Below are positions 59,568-64,000 of a stretch of 64,000 bases of DNA, piece by piece. Made by a program: the position numbers and the translations under genes. Positions within the stretch are counted from its first letter, which is position 1, and each line of letters begins with the position of its first letter. The notes under the pieces were generated by a model. That model was not told the origin of the DNA. It worked only from the letters and a program-made list of their open reading frames with translations, and searched no databases. This stretch comes from Acidobacteriota bacterium (GTDB taxonomy: Bacteria > Acidobacteriota > Aminicenantia > JBFLYD01): NCBI GenBank assembly GCA_040756905.1, contig JBFLYD010000057.1, forward strand, positions 162 to 64,161. Reading direction: 5' to 3'.

Positions 59568-60837
59568 TTATTTTATAATTTTTACTTTCGAATCATGCGC
59601 TAAAGTGAAATGTCCTTCAACAATTACTTTTTCTCCTGCTGTGACTCCATTTAAAACTTCTACATATTCCTCATTCTCTAAACCTGAATCTATGTATCTC
59701 CATTTAGCAAGCTCTCCTTCCACAACAAAACAGAGCCTTCTTCCTCCTCTTACAAGAACAGCTTCCTGAGGGATGATCAATCTCTCTTTATAAATCTCTG
59801 AATCAATGAAGACCTCACAGTGCATTCCAGATTTAATTCTTTCTTCAGGATTGGCAATGCTTATAAATACCTTACAGGTTTTATCCTCTGGGTTGACAAG
59901 GGGACTTATGCTTTTAACCTTTCCCCTGAAAAATTTGGAAGGATAGGCAGAGAATTTCATCAAAGCTTCTCTCCCAGGAAAAACTTTTCCTATTTCGCTT
60001 TCAAGTATCTTTGCCTCTATTTCTACTGAATCTAAATCCACAATCGTGAAAAGCTCCCTCCCAGTCTCACAATTCTCCTTCTCTGAAACTTTTATATCTG
60101 TGATAATCCCTGGAAAAGGTGAGATGATCTTGGTTCTATCCAAGTCAATTTTAGCTCTTTTATACTCAATCTCAGCTTGTGTCAATTGAGTGCTTGCAGC
60201 AAGGATATCTTCCCTTTTCTCACCTGCTTCAATCAATGAGATTTCGTATTCTCTTTTTGCCTCTTCAACCTGTTTCTCAGAGGCTTTTCCATTTCTAAAT
60301 AGACTAAGAATTTCTTCAAATTTCTTTCTGTTATCTTCAATTTTTCTTCTCTCTTCTTCGGTCATTTGAGTTTCCTTTACAGCATATTGATTCTGAATGT
60401 AAAACTGGCTCAATCGATTTAGTCTCGTTGCCTCTGTTTCTTCTAATTTTAGCCTGTATTCTCTGTCATCAAACTCTAATAATAGATCTCCCTCTTTTAC
60501 ATTGAACCCTTCTGCTACATAAATCTTTTTAACGATCCCCCTTATCTCAGATTTCATTTTCACATTCCTTCTTGCAACTACCTCTCCTACAGTCTTTAGC
60601 CTCATTATCAAATCCCCATATTTTGCATCGATTACTCTCACAGGAAGAGGTGCTTCTTCTTTTTTACTCATAGGGGCTGAAGAAGAAACTGAGGTTGAAC
60701 CTGAGGATGTAACTCCTTCCTTATTCTCCTCTGATGAGGTTTTTTTAAAATAAAGATAGGACCCAACCATCAATAATACAAGGATTACAATACCAGTTAA
60801 AACTCTCAATATATCTTTACTCTTCATTTCACCCACC
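59568..60837 (-). CDS. RND efflux membrane-fusion (periplasmic adaptor, HlyD/AcrA-like) protein
   Basis: N-terminal anchor MKSKDILRVLTGIVILVLL (start at complement 60837), coiled-coil and beta-barrel segments. Directly upstream of the RND permease. Confidence 0.75.
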
Positions 60838-61043
60838 AAATTTCCTGAAAATATTATCACTAAATTCTTTTAGTTGCAAGATTTTTTTCGAATTCAGAGA
60901 GCTTTTTTCCTATCTCTCCTCTTCGAGTTTTAAATCTTTCTTCTAAATTCTCTATAAATTCATAAGTTCCAGAAAGTTATGTGTTTCTATAAGTTTTTGC
61001 ATGAGATTTTTCTTTCTTATATTTTTAAAAATATCTCAAATTC

Positions 61044-61505
61044 TTATTGTTTTGAGCTTTTATTTAAGAAAACAATGATAATTCCTGGAATGAGTATTAA
61101 TAGATCTCTTGTGATTAATAAAAATCCGCTTATTTTAGATTCATATGGATTAACTGAAAAACATCCACAGTTAATATCAATACCTCGAATGGTATTTATT
61201 AGAATTGCTATGATAAAAATAATCAGAAGAGATGAGAGTATGAGAGCTGAATATCTTACAAGAATTCCTAAAATTAGAAGTATTCCAGATATAAGCTCTA
61301 TCCATGGGAGTATGATTGCTGTTATCCCAATTAGATAATCAGGAAGTATTTTGTAGTTATAGATTATTTCTGCAAATTCCAAAGGATATGCAATTTTTCC
61401 AATGCTTGCATAGATAAATATTCCACCAAGGATAATCTGAGAGAAGGTCTGAATTGGAGAGGAACTTAAAAGGGTTAATATTTTATTCTTCATAGTCATT
61501 TTCAT
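61044..61505 (-). CDS. MauE/DoxX-family redox-associated membrane protein
   Basis: Four-helix membrane protein with a C-terminal CGCF motif, typical of the MauE/DoxX family. Confidence 0.55.
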   Translation of the reverse strand: MKMTMKNKILTLLSSSPIQTFSQIILGGIFIYASIGKIAYPLEFAEIIYNYKILPDYLIGITAIILPWIELISGILLILGILVRYSALILSSLLIIFIIAILINTIRGIDINCGCFSVNPYESKISGFLLITRDLLILIPGIIIVFLNKSSKQ

Positions 61506-61707
61506 ACAAATTTTTTTAATGTACTCACATTTGTAATTAAATACTTAATTTTTATTTCCACAAATTAATTTATAAAACTCTATTTAATGAATTTTCAGTT
61601 TGAATTCTAAAATGATTGATTTTTAAATATCACTATTCATCTTTATAAACAGTATGATATTCTATTTTAATTTATATTCTATGGGGAAAATTATTATCTC
61701 CTATTTC

Positions 61708-62850
61708 TCAATAAACATAATATTTTGAAGATGGCGGCCAATTTTTTATTTTAAATTTTTTTATAAGAATATTTCCAGTCTCATCATCTTCATATATTGT
61801 ATATATAAATTCACCTTTTATGACTTTAGGTACAAATTCCGGAGATAATTGAGATGTTCGATAAATATATCTGCCTTGAGAGTCAAAGATATCGCAAAAA
61901 TATAAATCTTTAGAAACCCCCTCTCGAACAACCCAAATCCAACCGAAGTCATCAATCAATATCCATGAAATAAAGGGTTTAAAGGGAGGAAGTGTATAGT
62001 CTTTCCGCCAGGTTGGAGGTATTTTTTCTATGTTTTTAAGATGCTCCCTTTTCTCTTCCTCTGAATAAGGTATTGGAGATACCTCACAATTTACCTCTAC
62101 ATTTAGGTCTTTGTCATCGGTAATAAAAAATTTATATTCATTCTTGCGTCCATATACGAGCATCCCTTTATCACTTCGAAACATCAGATAATCACTTCTC
62201 AGATCCAATCTTCTAAAAGAAGAATACTCTTTTATTATTTTATTATTCTTGATTTTGGCGATTCTTCTGGCTTCCCCCTTCTCATCCCATATCGCTGACT
62301 CAGCAAAAATATTTTCTTTACTGTCAATATAAAAAACGCCAGTATAAGGTAGAATTTTAATACTTTTCAAATAAGTACCTTGAAGATCGAATTTATCTAT
62401 TCTATCGTGGTTAATAAAAAGCACATAAATAAAATCTTTGACAATTTGTATTCCAAAAGGTTCTTCAGGAAATTCCCCAGGGCCCTGCCCTATTCTTCCT
62501 ATTGTGTTTACATGTCTTCCCGAATGGCTAAAAACTTTGATTTGACAATTTTTGCTATCCAGAATATAAATGTTTCCCCTATTATCTAAAGCAATGTGAT
62601 TTACTCTTTCAAATATGTAATTTTCGTCTTCCTGATGCCCAAGTGTAAACTGGTCTTCTAAATCCAGCCTAAACTTATCTATTACTGGTCGAGAGGGATT
62701 ATATACAATCATTGTATTCCCTCTCAACATTTTGGAGCCTTTCCATTGAAGTTTGTTTTGGCTTTTTTTACATGAAGCAATAGAAAAAATTAAGATTAAT
62801 ATTATTAAACTTTTTTCTAGTGTTTTACTTTCTTTTCTCATAGAATTCAT
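61708..62850 (-). CDS. Beta-propeller lipoprotein (6-bladed, DUF5128/NHL-like)
   Basis: Lipobox-like ILIFSIASC. Motifs YILDSKNCQIKVFSHSGRHV and GQGPGEF are shared with 55044-55976. Confidence 0.45.
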   Translation of the reverse strand: MNSMRKESKTLEKSLIILILIFSIASCKKSQNKLQWKGSKMLRGNTMIVYNPSRPVIDKFRLDLEDQFTLGHQEDENYIFERVNHIALDNRGNIYILDSKNCQIKVFSHSGRHVNTIGRIGQGPGEFPEEPFGIQIVKDFIYVLFINHDRIDKFDLQGTYLKSIKILPYTGVFYIDSKENIFAESAIWDEKGEARRIAKIKNNKIIKEYSSFRRLDLRSDYLMFRSDKGMLVYGRKNEYKFFITDDKDLNVEVNCEVSPIPYSEEEKREHLKNIEKIPPTWRKDYTLPPFKPFISWILIDDFGWIWVVREGVSKDLYFCDIFDSQGRYIYRTSQLSPEFVPKVIKGEFIYTIYEDDETGNILIKKFKIKNWPPSSKYYVY

Positions 62851-62905
62851 ACTTTTATTAATTTAATACTTTTTCAGATCTTTATCAACATTACTCTCAT
62901 GGAGG

Positions 62906-62948
62906 GTTTAGCAGGAGGTTTTTGAACCCCTCCTGCTAAACCTTTTTA
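62906..62948. terminator. Perfect 14-bp stem hairpin (GGTTTAGCAGGAGG...CCTCCTGCTAAACC) followed by TTTTT on the + strand
   Basis: Read directly. Lies between the 74-aa Cys-rich gene and the propeller gene. T-run on the + strand, A-run on the - strand. Confidence 0.4.
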
Positions 62949-62956
62949 GAGAAGTC

Positions 62957-63181
62957 TTAGTTGACAAGCTCGCCACAACTTGCTTGACCACCACTCGCAC
63001 AGTAACACGAACACGCCCCCTTATCAGCATCGCACCTACAAGAAGTATCACTACAAGAACACCTGCATGATCCGCTACCGCAGGAAGCGTAATCTGAGTA
63101 AAGATAAGGTGTGATTAGAGTAAGAAAAACAACGAGAGTCAAAACAACTGCTAATGCAAATACAGCCACTCTCACTTTCAT
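62957..63181 (-). CDS. Membrane-anchored Cys-rich mini-protein (74 aa, 10 Cys), paralog A
   Basis: Strong RBS AAAAGGAGGTG. N-terminal hydrophobic anchor MKVRVAVFALAVVLTLVVFLTLITPYLYS. Core CGSGSCRCSCSDTSCRCDADKGACSCYCASGGQASC. Confidence 0.55.
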   Translation of the reverse strand: MKVRVAVFALAVVLTLVVFLTLITPYLYSDYASCGSGSCRCSCSDTSCRCDADKGACSCYCASGGQASCGELVN

Positions 63182-63303
63182 TATTAATCACCTCCTTTTT
63201 TAAAGACTATTCAACCACCCGCGGAGGCTTTTAAATAGAACCCCGTCTTTATAAAAATTTTTAAAAATTAACTGTAGAAGACGAGTTTGATCTTGTTAAG
63301 ATC

Positions 63304-63546
63304 CTATATAGCTACAGCCTGACAACTCGTACCGGTTCCATCATCACACCAACACGCACAATTTCCATTTTCCCACATTATGCATGTGCATTCAGAAGCT
63401 TGAGGAGTACTCCTACAATAACACTGGCAGGGCCCAGTTACACATATAACCGATATTTGTGAATAAATATAAGGTGTGATTAGAATAAGAAGAAGCGTTA
63501 AGGTCAGAGCCACTACTAAAGAGAGTACCACGTCTCTTCGTTTCAT
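63304..63546 (-). CDS. Membrane-anchored Cys-rich mini-protein (80 aa, 10 Cys), paralog B
   Basis: Strong RBS AAGGAGGTG. Anchor MKRRDVVLSLVVALTLTLLLILITPYIYS. Core CVTGPCQCYCRSTPQASECTCIMWENGNCACWCDDGTGTSC. Same Cys spacing pattern as paralog A. Confidence 0.55.
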   Translation of the reverse strand: MKRRDVVLSLVVALTLTLLLILITPYIYSQISVICVTGPCQCYCRSTPQASECTCIMWENGNCACWCDDGTGTSCQAVAI

Positions 63547-63703
63547 TATATATTCACCTCCTTTTATTGAGACTGTTCAATAATTTGCAATTGATTGTAA
63601 GTGAATGTTTTCCACCCTTTTTGTTTACCGCAAATTTGATTTTGAGGATATATCATTTAAACCATTGATTTTAATTACTTTCCAATTTGCATTAGTTCTG
63701 TTT

Positions 63704-64000
63704 TCAATTCAACACCTCATAAAAATCCTCTTTTATTTTCTTATTAGAAATAATACAATTGGTGAAAGGATTTGTTCCTAAAATCTTTGTAGATCCTAAA
63801 GAAAATATTTTAAAAAGCCCTATTTCTTTTTTACCTCCGTTTTCAGAATAATAACAATGATATACCTTCTCTTTGTTCCCTTCTCTGTTGTATTGATATA
63901 TATAGGGAGCTCCTAAGGCTATTAAAATATTTCCATTTTCATCAACTCTGATATCATGCGTTATAGCAATTATATTGGATACAATTTGTTTTTTGTGATC
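63704..64000 (-). CDS. Partial CDS (C-terminal ~98 aa; N-terminus beyond the window edge), hypothetical
   Basis: Open frame on the minus strand from the window end to the TGA at complement 63704-63706. Not matched to a family. Confidence 0.3.
   Translation of the reverse strand, partial: DHKKQIVSNIIAITHDIRVDENGNILIALGAPYIYQYNREGNKEKVYHCYYSENGGKKEIGLFKIFSLGSTKILGTNPFTNCIISNKKIKEDFYEVLN

Noticed and set aside
60979-61338. 119-aa + strand ORF
   Set aside because: It lies entirely antisense to and within the MauE/DoxX gene, has no RBS and a low-complexity product. It is a spurious shadow ORF. The same applies to many track ORFs such as 3206-3409, 4519-4872, 23494-23996, 24543-25115, 27122-27721, 29258-29719, 57020-58547.
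1-64000. Integrase or transposase genes, or prophage/ICE borders explaining the R-M island
   Set aside because: No recombinase, transposase or tRNA-attachment signatures were recognised. The island boundaries cannot be defined from this window alone.

Overview
AT-rich bacterial chromosomal window of about 64 kb with dense operons on both strands. I recognise no rRNA, tRNA, CRISPR array or transposase by eye.

Recognisable housekeeping genes:
- bioB-bioF-bioA-bioD biotin operon with an operator-like palindrome upstream.
- pxpB-pxpC-pxpA (5-oxoprolinase).
- A class I/II aminotransferase.
- NhaC-family antiporter, RNase HIII-like RNase H, acetyl-CoA hydrolase/transferase.
- NfnA/NfnB-like pair plus a NuoE/NuoF/NuoG-like Fe-S/flavin module next to cytochrome c biogenesis genes (ccsB/ccsA-like).
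- Alanine dehydrogenase/PNT-family protein, and two RND efflux permeases (one with a membrane-fusion partner).

Accessory content:
1. A sensor GGDEF diguanylate cyclase at the left edge.
2. A TPR lipoprotein followed by three tandem GspG-like pseudopilin paralogs. The third has a Cys-rich C-terminal domain.
3. A defence-island-like stretch, about 20.6 to 32.0 kb:
   - A dCMP-deaminase-like gene translationally coupled to an atypical P-loop kinase.
   - A DUF45/WLM metallopeptidase.
   - A complete type I R-M system (hsdR, hsdS, hsdM). Its hsdS carries two nearly identical target-recognition domains, encoded by a ~552-bp-period direct repeat.
   - Four passenger genes between hsdM and hsdS: a COG2865 Schlafen-like protein with a 12-nt tandem repeat, an ORF6N protein, a 97-aa possible nuclease-fold protein, and a 331-aa DUF3800-like protein.
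4. An uncharacterised operon: small ORF, isochorismatase-like hydrolase, CxxC-less TrxR-like flavoprotein, radical SAM protein.
5. A small islet with a GYD protein and an MNT/HEPN pair.
6. A minus-strand cluster near the right edge: a partial ORF, two paralogous membrane-anchored Cys-rich mini-proteins (80 and 74 aa, ~10 Cys each), a beta-propeller lipoprotein, a MauE/DoxX membrane protein, and the RND MFP and RND permease.

Three families of short structured repeats recur in intergenic spaces. Families A and B share TAATACAAACGCA terminal inverted repeats and look MITE/REP-like. Family C is about 180 nt, hairpin-rich, with three copies.

The strongest candidates for something undescribed are the Cys-rich peptide, MauE/DoxX, propeller and RND cluster, and the passenger genes embedded in the type I R-M operon together with the split deaminase/kinase pair beside it. 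All functional calls are motif recognition by eye; no database search was run.
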